A stretch of 64,000 bases of DNA from Vulcanimicrobiota bacterium (GTDB lineage Bacteria > Vulcanimicrobiota > Vulcanimicrobiia > Vulcanimicrobiales > Vulcanimicrobiaceae). This document shows positions 51,460 to 61,038 of this stretch, one piece after another. The translations under genes and the position numbers were made by a program. The stretch is from contig CAWCIZ010000002.1 of assembly GCA_963795855.1 (NCBI GenBank), forward strand, positions 128,001 through 192,000, in the 5' to 3' direction. How positions within the stretch are numbered: position 1 is the first letter of the stretch; every line of letters begins with the position of its first letter. Below the pieces are notes generated by a model that did no database searches, was not told the DNA's origin, and was given only the letters and a program-made list of their open reading frames with translations.

Positions 51460-51900
51460 TCAAGTAGTTCGCTTCGAAAAGGTAAACGAGCCGAAAATTT
51501 CTTGAAAGAAATACAACGGTCCAATAAGGAGATAAATGAAATTCTCCAAGAACTTCGGTTTGTTGCCTTCGAAGCGATGCCCGGCGAGTTGGACTATCCA
51601 CCCGAAGACGAAGAGTCCGACACTGAGCTGCCATGGCACGTACATCGCAATGCCGTATAACGCGGCGAATGCAACTGCACTGATGAGGGCGCCGCGTGCG
51701 TCGAGCGCGACGTAGTAGAGTAGGACCGCGATGGCGGTCACGACCGCCGGATCGACAGGACCGATGCGCAGCAACGGACTGGCGTGCAATAGCCCCAGAA
51801 GCCCTAACACGATAAGCGGGATGCCGACGGCGTGCGCGCGGCGATTCCGGACGTCTTGATGATATCCGGCGTAGTCGGCGTAGAGCTGTTCCTTGGTCAT
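51460..51900 (-). CDS. DUF962/Mpo1-like membrane protein
   Basis: YH...NR..H.VGIP, GWIVQLAGH.FEGNKP, LLIGP. Confidence 0.85.
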   Translation of the reverse strand: MTKEQLYADYAGYHQDVRNRRAHAVGIPLIVLGLLGLLHASPLLRIGPVDPAVVTAIAVLLYYVALDARGALISAVAFAALYGIAMYVPWQLSVGLFVFGWIVQLAGHRFEGNKPKFLENFIYLLIGPLYFFQEIFGSFTFSKRTT

Positions 51901-51961
51901 GGTAACTGGAGTCCCAAATCGTGTGCCAGGGTATGCTTCGTTTCCGACAAAAGTCCCTGCC

Positions 51962-53137
51962 ATGGCGGTGACCGGGGTTCCCGAAAAACTGGCCGGCGAG
52001 GTCGTCGAACTGCGCCGCGATTTCCATATGCATCCGGAGCTCGGCTTCGAGGAGCATCGCACCGCTGGTATTGCGGCAGACCGTTTGCGAACGCTGGGCT
52101 ACGACGTGCACGAGGGTATTGCCGGAACCGGCGTCGTCGGAGTCATGCGTGGCGCGCTTCCCGGGCGCACGATCATGCTCAGAGCCGATATGGACGCGCT
52201 TCCGATTCTCGAAGAAAACTCGCATCAGTACCGCTCGCGCGTCGACGGCAAAATGCATGCGTGCGGACACGACGGTCACGTAGCGATGCTGCTCGGCGCA
52301 GCCGAACTCATCGCGAACGGAAAAGATCTGTTGCCGGGAACCGTTTGCCTGGTCTTTCAGCCGGCCGAAGAAGGCCACGGCGGCGCCAAAGTGATGGTCG
52401 AGGAAGGCACGATCGAACGGTTCGGCATCGAGCGCGCCTACGGACTGCACCTGAACACGAAACTTCCCGCGGGAACGCTCGGATTTCGCGAGGGACCGTT
52501 TTACGCGTCCAGCGATTCGATCGAGATCGAAGTGCTCGGAAAAGGCGGCCACGGTTCGGCGCCGCACGACGCGGTCGATCCGATTTACACCGCCGCGAAC
52601 TTCATCACGTCGGTGCAGCAGGTGGTCTCGCGCCACGTCGATCCGATAGAGCCGTCGGTCGTGACGATCGGTTCCATACATGGCGGCACCATTCACAACG
52701 TCATTCCGCGCACCGTCCGAATGCTGGGCACGGTTCGCGCGTTTTCGGACGACGTGCGCAGCGCAATGCCGTCACGCATCGAACGCGTGCTCAAGTCCTG
52801 CTGCGACGCAATGGGCGCGTCGTACGAATTCAACTATTTGTGGCGCTATCCGGTGACGGCGAACGATCCCGATCAAACTCGCTATGCGCGTTCGCTTGCC
52901 GAGCGCACGATCCCCGGCGAGCGCGTCGTGACCGCGGACAAACTCATGGGCGCCGAGGACTTCTCATTTTTCGCGCAGCGCGTACCGGCGTGCTTTTACT
53001 CGTTGGGCGCGCGCGGCGGAACTGACACGGCGAATCCTCACCATTCGAGCACGTTCGACATTGACGAGAGCGCGCTCGCGGTCGGCGTCGCGATGATGAC
53101 CGCCCTCGCGTTCGACGCTCCTAAAAACGCGCCCTGA
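51962..53137 (+). CDS. M20D amidohydrolase
   Basis: HPELGFEE, LRADMDALP, MHACGHDGH, FQPAEE, GAEDF. Confidence 0.9.
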   Translation: MAVTGVPEKLAGEVVELRRDFHMHPELGFEEHRTAGIAADRLRTLGYDVHEGIAGTGVVGVMRGALPGRTIMLRADMDALPILEENSHQYRSRVDGKMHACGHDGHVAMLLGAAELIANGKDLLPGTVCLVFQPAEEGHGGAKVMVEEGTIERFGIERAYGLHLNTKLPAGTLGFREGPFYASSDSIEIEVLGKGGHGSAPHDAVDPIYTAANFITSVQQVVSRHVDPIEPSVVTIGSIHGGTIHNVIPRTVRMLGTVRAFSDDVRSAMPSRIERVLKSCCDAMGASYEFNYLWRYPVTANDPDQTRYARSLAERTIPGERVVTADKLMGAEDFSFFAQRVPACFYSLGARGGTDTANPHHSSTFDIDESALAVGVAMMTALAFDAPKNAP

Positions 53138-53145
53138 GCGCGCTG

Positions 53146-53661
53146 ATGAGCGCCATTCCCGACGTCCTTCCGAATCCGAAACTTGCGGATTACTTGGACG
53201 TGATGAGCCGTGCGGTATTTCAGGCCGGTTTGAGTTGGGCTTCGATCGGGCGGCACTGGGACGCCTACCGCGATGCGTTCGACGGTTTCGATCCGCACAA
53301 AGTAGCGTCGTACACGGAAGGCGACGTCGATCGCTTGATGCGCGCGGAGGGCGTCCTGCACAGCCAGCGCAAGATTCGCGCGACGATTGAAAATGCAGCG
53401 GCGATGATCGATCTCGATCGAAAACACGGCGGATTCGCAGAATACCTCCGATCGTACGGCGACTATGCCACGCTCGCGGCAGACTTCAAGAAGCGTTTCA
53501 AGTTCATGGGCGACATGAACGTGTGGTATTTTCTGTTCCGCGTGCACGAGCCGGTGCCACGATTCGAGCATTGGGTGCAAACCATCCCAGGCGACCACCC
53601 GCGGATGAAAGAAATGGTGGAAAAGGCCCGATCCGCGGGTTTGTCGATGGAGTTGAAGTAG
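53146..53661 (+). CDS. DNA-3-methyladenine glycosylase I-like protein
   Basis: FQAGLSW, F.GFD..KVA, KIRATIENA, FKFMG. Confidence 0.75.
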   Translation: MSAIPDVLPNPKLADYLDVMSRAVFQAGLSWASIGRHWDAYRDAFDGFDPHKVASYTEGDVDRLMRAEGVLHSQRKIRATIENAAAMIDLDRKHGGFAEYLRSYGDYATLAADFKKRFKFMGDMNVWYFLFRVHEPVPRFEHWVQTIPGDHPRMKEMVEKARSAGLSMELK

Positions 53662-53662
53662 C

Positions 53663-55708
53663 GTGCATCTTTTATTGGGATTGCTCTTTTCGCTCAGTCA
53701 AGTGCTGAGCTATCCGTTTCCGAACGCGCTGGTGAGTTCAGCCGACGGTAAAAGTATCGCTTACGTGCTCAACGAGCGCGGCGTTCGCAGCGTATGGTTC
53801 GCGCAGGCGCCTGCGTTCTCACCCCACATGCTGTGGAGTTCCGGTAGCGACGACGGCCAAGAAATTACCAATCTGTCCATCTCCAACGACGGCAAGCATG
53901 TCGTGTACGTTCGAGGCGGCGATCACGACGCAAATTGGCCCGAACGCCCGTGGCCGGATCCCGATCTGCGCGACACCAACGAACCTCACATGCAGGTCGT
54001 TTCGCTCGCGACCGCGGGCGGGCCGCCGAAAGTGCTCGCCGACGGCGACGCGCCGGCCATCGCTCCCGACGGCGCACGCGTTGCGTTCGTGCACGACGGC
54101 GACGGCAAAATTTGGATCGCCCCCATCGACGGCAGCAAGGACGCCGCACAATATTTCTTCGACCGCGGGACCGACGCGGAATTGACGTGGTCGCCCGACG
54201 GCGACGCGCTCGCCTTCACGTCGGATCGAGGCGATCACGCCTTCATCGGCGTGTACCGCAACGAAAAGTCCCCGCTGGTCTTTTTAGCCCCGTCGACCTC
54301 ACGCGATTTCTCTCCCGAGTGGTCGCCTGACGGCCGGCAGATCGCGTTCCTCCGCATCGGCGGCGAAGGCGGACCACCGCAGGATCCGCTCAAGCAATAC
54401 CCTCGACCGTGGTCGATCCTCGTCGCCGATGCATTCGGCGGCGGAGCGCACGAGGCGTGGCACAGCGGTAATTCGCTGCGCGACTCCCTGCCGCAGATCC
54501 ACGGGCCGCAGCTGCGCTGGATCGCCGGCCGGCGGCTCGCGTTCATTTCCGAGCGCACCAACTGGCCGCACCTGTACGCGGTGTCTGCTTCCGGCGGATC
54601 GATGCATTTGCTCACGCCGGGCAATTTCATGATCGAAGACACGGCGCTTTCGCCGGATCGTCGCACGCTCTATTACACCGCGGACACCGGCGGCACGCCG
54701 GGCGACGACGATCGCCGGCACATCTTCCGCGTTTCCGTCGGGTCTGCTCCCGTCGAAGTCACGCACGGAACCAGCAGTGAGTGGTGGCCGGCTGCCACCG
54801 CGGACGGGGTGGCGTACGTGCAAGCCGGATCGCGAGCGCCGATGACGATCGTTCACAACGGCACTACCCTCGACGCAGATCAGATACCGCAAGACTTTCC
54901 GACGCGTTCGATGGTCGTTCCCAAAGAGGTGACGTTCCGCAGCAAAGACGGATGGTTGATTCACGGGCAACTCTTCATGCCGCTCTCGGCTTCCGGCAGC
55001 GCGAAAAAGATTCCGGGCGTGATCTTCGTCCACGGCGGACCGCCGCGCCAGATGCTGCTCACGTGGCATTACTTCGACTACTACAGCTACGGCTACGCCA
55101 CCAATCAGTATCTGGCGAACCACGGCATTGCGGTTTTATCGGTGAATTATCGCCTCGGCATCGGCTACGGTCACGACTTCCACCACCCGCCGCATGCCGG
55201 ACCGGCAGGTGCGGCTGAATATCCGGACGTGGTCGCCGGTGCGCGCTATCTGCAGCGTTTGCCGCAAGTCGATGCGCGCCGCATCGGCATTTGGGGCGGC
55301 TCGTACGGCGGCTACCTTACCGCAATGGGGTTGGCCAAGAACTCCGATATATTCAAAGCCGGCTCCGACATGCACGGCGTGCACGACTGGTCGATGTTTC
55401 CGGAGTGGTTCGGATCGCAAGCCAAGCGCTACGAGCAGCCGGACATGAAACGCTTCCTGCGCACCGCTTGGCTTTCATCGCCGGATGCCTACATCTCCAC
55501 GTGGCGTTCGCCGGTTCTACTTATTCAAGGCGACGACGATCGCAACGTGCACTTCCATCAAATGGTCGATTTGGTCGAGCGCTTGAAACAAACGCGCGTG
55601 CAGTTCGAGCAGATCGTCATTCCCAACGAAATCCACGGCTTTCTTCGCTGGCACTCGTGGCTGCGGGCCGATCAGGCCACGGTCGATTTCCTCAAACGGA
55701 AATTGTAA
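53663..55708 (+). CDS. S9 family prolyl oligopeptidase with PD40 propeller
   Basis: WSPDG repeats, HGGP, GGSYGG, GDDDRNV, EIHGF. Confidence 0.9.
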   Translation: MHLLLGLLFSLSQVLSYPFPNALVSSADGKSIAYVLNERGVRSVWFAQAPAFSPHMLWSSGSDDGQEITNLSISNDGKHVVYVRGGDHDANWPERPWPDPDLRDTNEPHMQVVSLATAGGPPKVLADGDAPAIAPDGARVAFVHDGDGKIWIAPIDGSKDAAQYFFDRGTDAELTWSPDGDALAFTSDRGDHAFIGVYRNEKSPLVFLAPSTSRDFSPEWSPDGRQIAFLRIGGEGGPPQDPLKQYPRPWSILVADAFGGGAHEAWHSGNSLRDSLPQIHGPQLRWIAGRRLAFISERTNWPHLYAVSASGGSMHLLTPGNFMIEDTALSPDRRTLYYTADTGGTPGDDDRRHIFRVSVGSAPVEVTHGTSSEWWPAATADGVAYVQAGSRAPMTIVHNGTTLDADQIPQDFPTRSMVVPKEVTFRSKDGWLIHGQLFMPLSASGSAKKIPGVIFVHGGPPRQMLLTWHYFDYYSYGYATNQYLANHGIAVLSVNYRLGIGYGHDFHHPPHAGPAGAAEYPDVVAGARYLQRLPQVDARRIGIWGGSYGGYLTAMGLAKNSDIFKAGSDMHGVHDWSMFPEWFGSQAKRYEQPDMKRFLRTAWLSSPDAYISTWRSPVLLIQGDDDRNVHFHQMVDLVERLKQTRVQFEQIVIPNEIHGFLRWHSWLRADQATVDFLKRKL

Positions 55709-55733
55709 GAACGCTCCTTTCTCGTTAGAGCGC

Positions 55734-57536
55734 TCAGTGAGCTGCGGCGTAGCGGTAGCGCCGCAGCCACGCGCAGAAATCCTGTTCGACGAGCGGACTC
55801 GATATCTCGAAGCCTTGCAGCGCGTCCACGCCGCTTGCCACCAGCCACTGGTGTTCGGCAAACGTTTCGACTGCTTCTCCGATCACCGTGCACGAGAGTT
55901 GATGCGCCTGATCGATGAGCAGCCCGAGCCAATCGCTGCCTTCTTCCCGACCGGAGGCCACCTTCACGAAATCGGGCCGCATCTCGGTGAGCGCACGCAG
56001 CGGCAGCCGTCCGCATCCGAATTGCGAGAGACCGACGCGCACGCCGCGCGCGCGGCATGCGGAAACGAACTGCAGATACCGGTACGGCTCCGCCGCGACT
56101 TGCTCTTCGGAGAATTCCAGAGCGATGTGCGTCCCGTCTTGCGGCAGCGCATCGATGAGCGCCTCGTTCGGCTCCGACACGTTGATGTGGTACGTCACGT
56201 CGCCCGCATGCCGCAGTTCCGCGGCTTTCTCTACCACGGCATTCACGATTGCCGATTCGAGGCGGACGAGGATGCCCTGTTCGCGTGCCGCGCTGAGAAA
56301 CTGCGCGGGTGAGCGCATGCCTTGCGGGTGAAGCCAGCGAGGCAGCACTTCCGCCGCTATCGGCCGTCCGCCGCGCGCCGAGACGATTGGCTGGTAACAC
56401 AAGACGAACTGTGAGTTGAACGTCGACGAGTCGATCGTGAACGGACGTTCGACGGTTATCGCGCTCGACGCATTGTACAGCGCAAACGCCGCAGAGCCCT
56501 CGCGTTTCGCCCGGTACATCGCTTGATCGGCGTGGCTGAGAAGGTCGTTCGGCGACGCGCCGTCGCGCGGATAGACGGCGATGCCGACGCTTGCGGACGC
56601 GTTGAGCGTCACGCCTTCAGGCAGGATCACCGGCTCCTCCAATGCGCCGAGGATACGCCGCGCGATGATCGCCAATTCATCGTCATCGCGAAACGACGCA
56701 ACGATGACGCAGAACTCGTCGCCACCGAAGCGGCCGCACATTTCGTGCTTACGCAGGACTGATTGGATGCGGGAGGCGATCTCGCGGAGCGCCGCGTCTC
56801 CCGCCGCATGTCCGTGTTCGTCGTTGAGCTTTTTGAAATTGTTCAAATCGACGTAGAGCACTGCGACGCGCGAATCTTCGCGCTGCGCGGCTGAAATCGC
56901 CAAAGCGAGTTGCTCGAGAACGGCCGCGCGGTTTGGAATGCCGGTCAGCAGATCCGTATCGGCGCGTTGAGCGATGCGGCGCTGATTCTCCAGCGCTTCC
57001 AGCAGCCGAGAAACGAGCGCCGCAAGAAAATTGAGGTACTGAATTTCGTCCTCGCTAATGAATTCGTCGCGAGCGTGCTTCCAGCCAAGTGCGAGAACGC
57101 ACTGTTTGCCTCCGGCGTTGAACGGCCAGTAGAGCACCGAACGCAGACCGAGCGCCGACGCCGCCTGACCGCCGGCGAGATCCTCGCTTACCGTGTCGAA
57201 GATCATGAGCGGCCTGTCGCGCAGCAGCCCGGGCGCGCCGATGCCGTTCTGAATGTGCTCCGCGCCTTCGCCGACGGCGCATAAGCGTACGTACCCGGGA
57301 TCGCCGGTGACTTGTTCGCCGATTTCGCCGTAGTCGAAATTCAACGCAGCAGTTGAGTCGAGTAAAATGCGGCGCGCTTGTTCGGCCGGAGATTCGCCGA
57401 TGACGCCCATCTCGACCACTGCGTGCAATCGAACCATGTGCTGATGCAGCCGGTCGAAACCGGAGAACGACGTTTCGTTGCGTTCGTCTGCGCCATTCGC
57501 TGCGTCGGCCATGTCGTAGAATCGATGCTCCCGCAC
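55734..57536 (-). CDS. GAF-like + GGDEF diguanylate cyclase + degenerate EAL protein
   Basis: DLLTGIPNR, RFGGDEF, ADQAMYRAK; EVL present but SQFGCG replaces DDFGTG. Confidence 0.85.
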   Translation of the reverse strand: MREHRFYDMADAANGADERNETSFSGFDRLHQHMVRLHAVVEMGVIGESPAEQARRILLDSTAALNFDYGEIGEQVTGDPGYVRLCAVGEGAEHIQNGIGAPGLLRDRPLMIFDTVSEDLAGGQAASALGLRSVLYWPFNAGGKQCVLALGWKHARDEFISEDEIQYLNFLAALVSRLLEALENQRRIAQRADTDLLTGIPNRAAVLEQLALAISAAQREDSRVAVLYVDLNNFKKLNDEHGHAAGDAALREIASRIQSVLRKHEMCGRFGGDEFCVIVASFRDDDELAIIARRILGALEEPVILPEGVTLNASASVGIAVYPRDGASPNDLLSHADQAMYRAKREGSAAFALYNASSAITVERPFTIDSSTFNSQFVLCYQPIVSARGGRPIAAEVLPRWLHPQGMRSPAQFLSAAREQGILVRLESAIVNAVVEKAAELRHAGDVTYHINVSEPNEALIDALPQDGTHIALEFSEEQVAAEPYRYLQFVSACRARGVRVGLSQFGCGRLPLRALTEMRPDFVKVASGREEGSDWLGLLIDQAHQLSCTVIGEAVETFAEHQWLVASGVDALQGFEISSPLVEQDFCAWLRRYRYAAAH

Positions 57537-57667
57537 ACTTCATCGCGAGCAAGCGGTAGGCTGCACTGCAGCCGAGCATACACTAGCTACGCTGTAGGTA
57601 CATACCGTATGCGGTGCGCGCGCAAACACATGGGTCTATGGGCCTTAATGACTATTGGTAAGGTAGA

Positions 57668-60600
57668 TTACGGGCCTGACGGCGCTCCCGGCGCGTTCGG
57701 CGGTCTCCGGCGCGTCGGCATGAGCAAATACAGTCCGAGCGACGGCGAGTAATTGAGGCTCGGCGGAGCCGCGCCGTCCCAACCCAGTTTGGTCAAGTCG
57801 GTCTTCGCTGCGGCGGCTACGCGTCCGCAGTTGATAATCGCCGGAACCGCACCGATATCGGCGGCGTCGAGCGAATACCACGTGCCCGCCGTCGAGGCAT
57901 GCGGCGCAATCGTCCAGCCGGGCGCGGCTGCGCCGCGGGAGAAATGCGCTTGAAGCTGCGCGAGCATCTGCTGCGCCACGCCGTGCATGTCTGCGGTGCA
58001 GCTTTGCGACGCGCGCAGGGCAAACGGCGTCTTCGGCGCGGTGCTCGGAAGTTTGTAGACACGGAAACTTTCCGCACCGGCCTGCGGCGGACGGCGTACG
58101 AAGTACAACCCCACGGCCGGCATGTACGTCACGGTCGGTCTAAAGAACATTCCGCCCGTGCCCGGCTGCACGAAAAGATTGCGCTGCTGCGCCGTTTGCT
58201 CGTCGGTAACGTGGAATGTCGTGCAGCCGAACAGCGAACGCATTTGCGTCGCTTGCGTGACCACAATACTGAGCGCATACGTCGATTTCAAGCCGTGATA
58301 CGTTACGGCAACACCCGGAACGTTTGCCGGCTGCATCGTGTCGGGATAGCCCGCAGCGGTTTTTGCGGCCTCGATCTGCGCGGTGTAAGCCTTCAGTCCC
58401 GCAAGAACGGTTTGAGCGGTTTTTTGCGCGTCGGCCGTGCACATGGGCGTGAGGTTGAGGGCCAACGGATCCGCCGGCGGCATTTCCGGCAGCGGCGAAC
58501 CGAATTGACGGAAGCCGCCGCGGCCGCGTCCGGGTTCCCCCGGCTGTCCGCGGGTTGACGAGGACTGTGCGAGCTGTGCATTTTGCCCGAAGCGCGCCGT
58601 GTAGGTAAGTGAAATCTGACGCGGCGCGTTCGGCCGCGCGATCGTCGGGATCGTCAGTCCGTTCGCTGCCGAATAGGGAACCGCGTTTTCGGAACTCGCG
58701 AAGACGCCGCCGTACGCGTTGAAAATATTGCTTGCCGCGAACGTCAGCGTTCCGTGCTGCAGTTGGGTGCTCACGCCGGCATCCACCGTCGTATACGCCG
58801 GCAGGTTCTGCGCATTGTTCGAACCGGTATAACTCGCATCCGCAAGCCACTCCACCGCCGAATGCGGCGCCCGGTAGTCGAGCGTTATGCCGGCGCGATG
58901 CAGCGGCACGTTGGGAAGTTGGTTGCCGGAGATGGTAATCGCATACGGATTCGCGAACCGTGGATCCGCACTGATCGCTTTGGCGACCTGGACGTCGTAG
59001 TACGGCTCGAGCACGAGCGCGCCCAGCGTGAAGTACCCGTTCAGATGCGCGCCCTCGTATACGCGCCGCACGTTGCCGATCGGCGTCGAGAAATAAACGT
59101 TCTGCGCGCCGAATGCGGTCGAGGGCGGCACGCCGCACGTCGAGTCGAAATAGCTTTGCGCGGTGCCGAAATACGCAGGCGGGAAGATGCCCGTGGCCAG
59201 CAGCGCCGTTCCGTTGACTTGCACCGGCAGGACGACGTCGTTCTGAACTTGTCGATACAGCGAGCCGCTGATCAGTCCCCAGTTGCCGCGGTGCGTATAG
59301 CTCAGCCGGGCGGAGTTCGAGGAACTCGCGCCGGGTTCGTCGCCCGGAGCGTTTCCGTACGCAATGTCCCCGTTGCAATCGATGCGCAGCTCGCCCGGAT
59401 CGGTCAGAATGCCCGCGCGTCCGGCGTGCGGAGCGACGCCGCCGATATTATATGAGAACGCGTACGCGTCGCTGGTTGTCGGTTGCCAGTTCGCGCCGAC
59501 GCCGGCGAGCAACGACGAAGGCGCATTGCTCGCGCGGCTGATACCGATGGAGTCGTTCAGACGAAGTTTCGTGTTCGAGCGAATCGAGTCGTTCACCGAG
59601 ATCGCCGCGTAGCTCGCCGTCTGCCCCGGGAACGTGAACGGCTGCGCCTGGGCCACGAGCGGCGTGAAAGTGGACGTGCTGTTCGTGCCGTAAGCGCTGA
59701 CCGAGATCGTGTGGCGCTGCTGCGCGGGCAGCGTTGCGTCGATCGAAATTCCGTTCGTGCTCGTGGCGGTTTGCGTGCCGGTCGGCGCCGCTTCGCCGTC
59801 GATGTACCGGTCCAGCAAATCGCGCGTCGACTTCGAACGCGATCCGAAGACGGCCGCTTGCACCTGCGTATCGCCGATCAACGCATTGTCCGTGAGCGAA
59901 TACAGATCGAAGGCCGTGTCGTACGAGTTGTTCGGCCCGTACCCGCACGGGACGGCTCCCGTATCCTGCGTGCACACCAATTCGGCGCCGTTCACCGAGT
60001 GCATGTAGCTGCCGGTCAGCGTCTGTGACTGCGAGAGCTGGTAGCGCATTTTCACGAGGGAACCGATCTGCTGCCGGTCGCCCTCGTGCGTGTAATCCAA
60101 TCCGCTCGCATCGAGAAACTGCATGCCGTCGAGCAGGCTCGGGCTCATGCGATAGGTGTGCATGACGGCGAGACCGAGTTTACCGATCGATCCCGTTTCC
60201 GAAGCGGAGTAGTCGTTTTTGCCGTTGCTGCCGGCGGACAGGGAGAACGCGCTCTGCCAGCTGAGCGTCGGGTCGAGCGTGCGAAAATTCACCCCTCCCG
60301 CCAGTCCGCCGAGCGTTGGGCCTAAGGAGACGTTCGCTCCGCTGAACAGATCCGAGTTCATCATACGCAAATCGCCCGCCATGCCGGGCGCGTTGAGCGG
60401 AATGCCGTCGAGCGTCATCTGCGTCTGACTCGGATCCTGCCCTTCAAGCGAGACGGTCTGCGTCGCGTCGCTATCGGTGCTCGAGGTCGTGACGGTGACG
60501 CCCGAAAGTTTGCCGAGAGCGTCGGCAAGCGTGTCGGAAAGTTTGCGCTGCGCGCTGTCGTTCGAAATCGCACTGGTCGAAACGGTCGCGCTCGATTTCA

Positions 60601-60967
60601 CCACTTCCGACGCGATCGTCCGCAGTGGGCCGCCTTGCGACTGCGCAAGCTCCACGCTGACCGTTACCGCGCGTCCGTCGATGACTTCGAAGTTCTGCGA
60701 GGTGACGGGGCTGAAGCCGCGCGCAAAAATGCGCGCGCGATAGATGCCGCTCGGAACGTCGGTGAAACGTACTTTGCCGTTGTCGCCTGTAAATTCGCTT
60801 GCGATGACGGGGCCGTCGAGCATGACGCGCGCCAACACGACCGGAATTTTTTTCGAAGCATCCTGAACGACGATGTCGATCTCGCCGGTGTCGGATTGAG
60901 CGAACGCCGGTATGGCGCCGCCGAACAACGCAAGCGACAACAGCAGGCAGAACAAGCGACGGATCAT
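57668..60967 (-). CDS. TonB-dependent receptor-like protein with N-terminal carboxypeptidase-regulatory-like domain and a long C-terminal extension
   Basis: Signal peptide; plug motifs LADALGKLSGV, TLDGIPLN, GGVNFRT; barrel end LPAYTTVDAG, SNIFN, PRQISLTYTARF. Confidence 0.8.
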   Translation of the reverse strand: MIRRLFCLLLSLALFGGAIPAFAQSDTGEIDIVVQDASKKIPVVLARVMLDGPVIASEFTGDNGKVRFTDVPSGIYRARIFARGFSPVTSQNFEVIDGRAVTVSVELAQSQGGPLRTIASEVVKSSATVSTSAISNDSAQRKLSDTLADALGKLSGVTVTTSSTDSDATQTVSLEGQDPSQTQMTLDGIPLNAPGMAGDLRMMNSDLFSGANVSLGPTLGGLAGGVNFRTLDPTLSWQSAFSLSAGSNGKNDYSASETGSIGKLGLAVMHTYRMSPSLLDGMQFLDASGLDYTHEGDRQQIGSLVKMRYQLSQSQTLTGSYMHSVNGAELVCTQDTGAVPCGYGPNNSYDTAFDLYSLTDNALIGDTQVQAAVFGSRSKSTRDLLDRYIDGEAAPTGTQTATSTNGISIDATLPAQQRHTISVSAYGTNSTSTFTPLVAQAQPFTFPGQTASYAAISVNDSIRSNTKLRLNDSIGISRASNAPSSLLAGVGANWQPTTSDAYAFSYNIGGVAPHAGRAGILTDPGELRIDCNGDIAYGNAPGDEPGASSSNSARLSYTHRGNWGLISGSLYRQVQNDVVLPVQVNGTALLATGIFPPAYFGTAQSYFDSTCGVPPSTAFGAQNVYFSTPIGNVRRVYEGAHLNGYFTLGALVLEPYYDVQVAKAISADPRFANPYAITISGNQLPNVPLHRAGITLDYRAPHSAVEWLADASYTGSNNAQNLPAYTTVDAGVSTQLQHGTLTFAASNIFNAYGGVFASSENAVPYSAANGLTIPTIARPNAPRQISLTYTARFGQNAQLAQSSSTRGQPGEPGRGRGGFRQFGSPLPEMPPADPLALNLTPMCTADAQKTAQTVLAGLKAYTAQIEAAKTAAGYPDTMQPANVPGVAVTYHGLKSTYALSIVVTQATQMRSLFGCTTFHVTDEQTAQQRNLFVQPGTGGMFFRPTVTYMPAVGLYFVRRPPQAGAESFRVYKLPSTAPKTPFALRASQSCTADMHGVAQQMLAQLQAHFSRGAAAPGWTIAPHASTAGTWYSLDAADIGAVPAIINCGRVAAAAKTDLTKLGWDGAAPPSLNYSPSLGLYLLMPTRRRPPNAPGAPSGP

Positions 60968-61038
60968 CGTTCCTCTATGTAGCACGCACGGGTTGGGAAT
61001 GTGCTGAGAAGCTCCCGGAACGCGCGCGGGATACGGGA

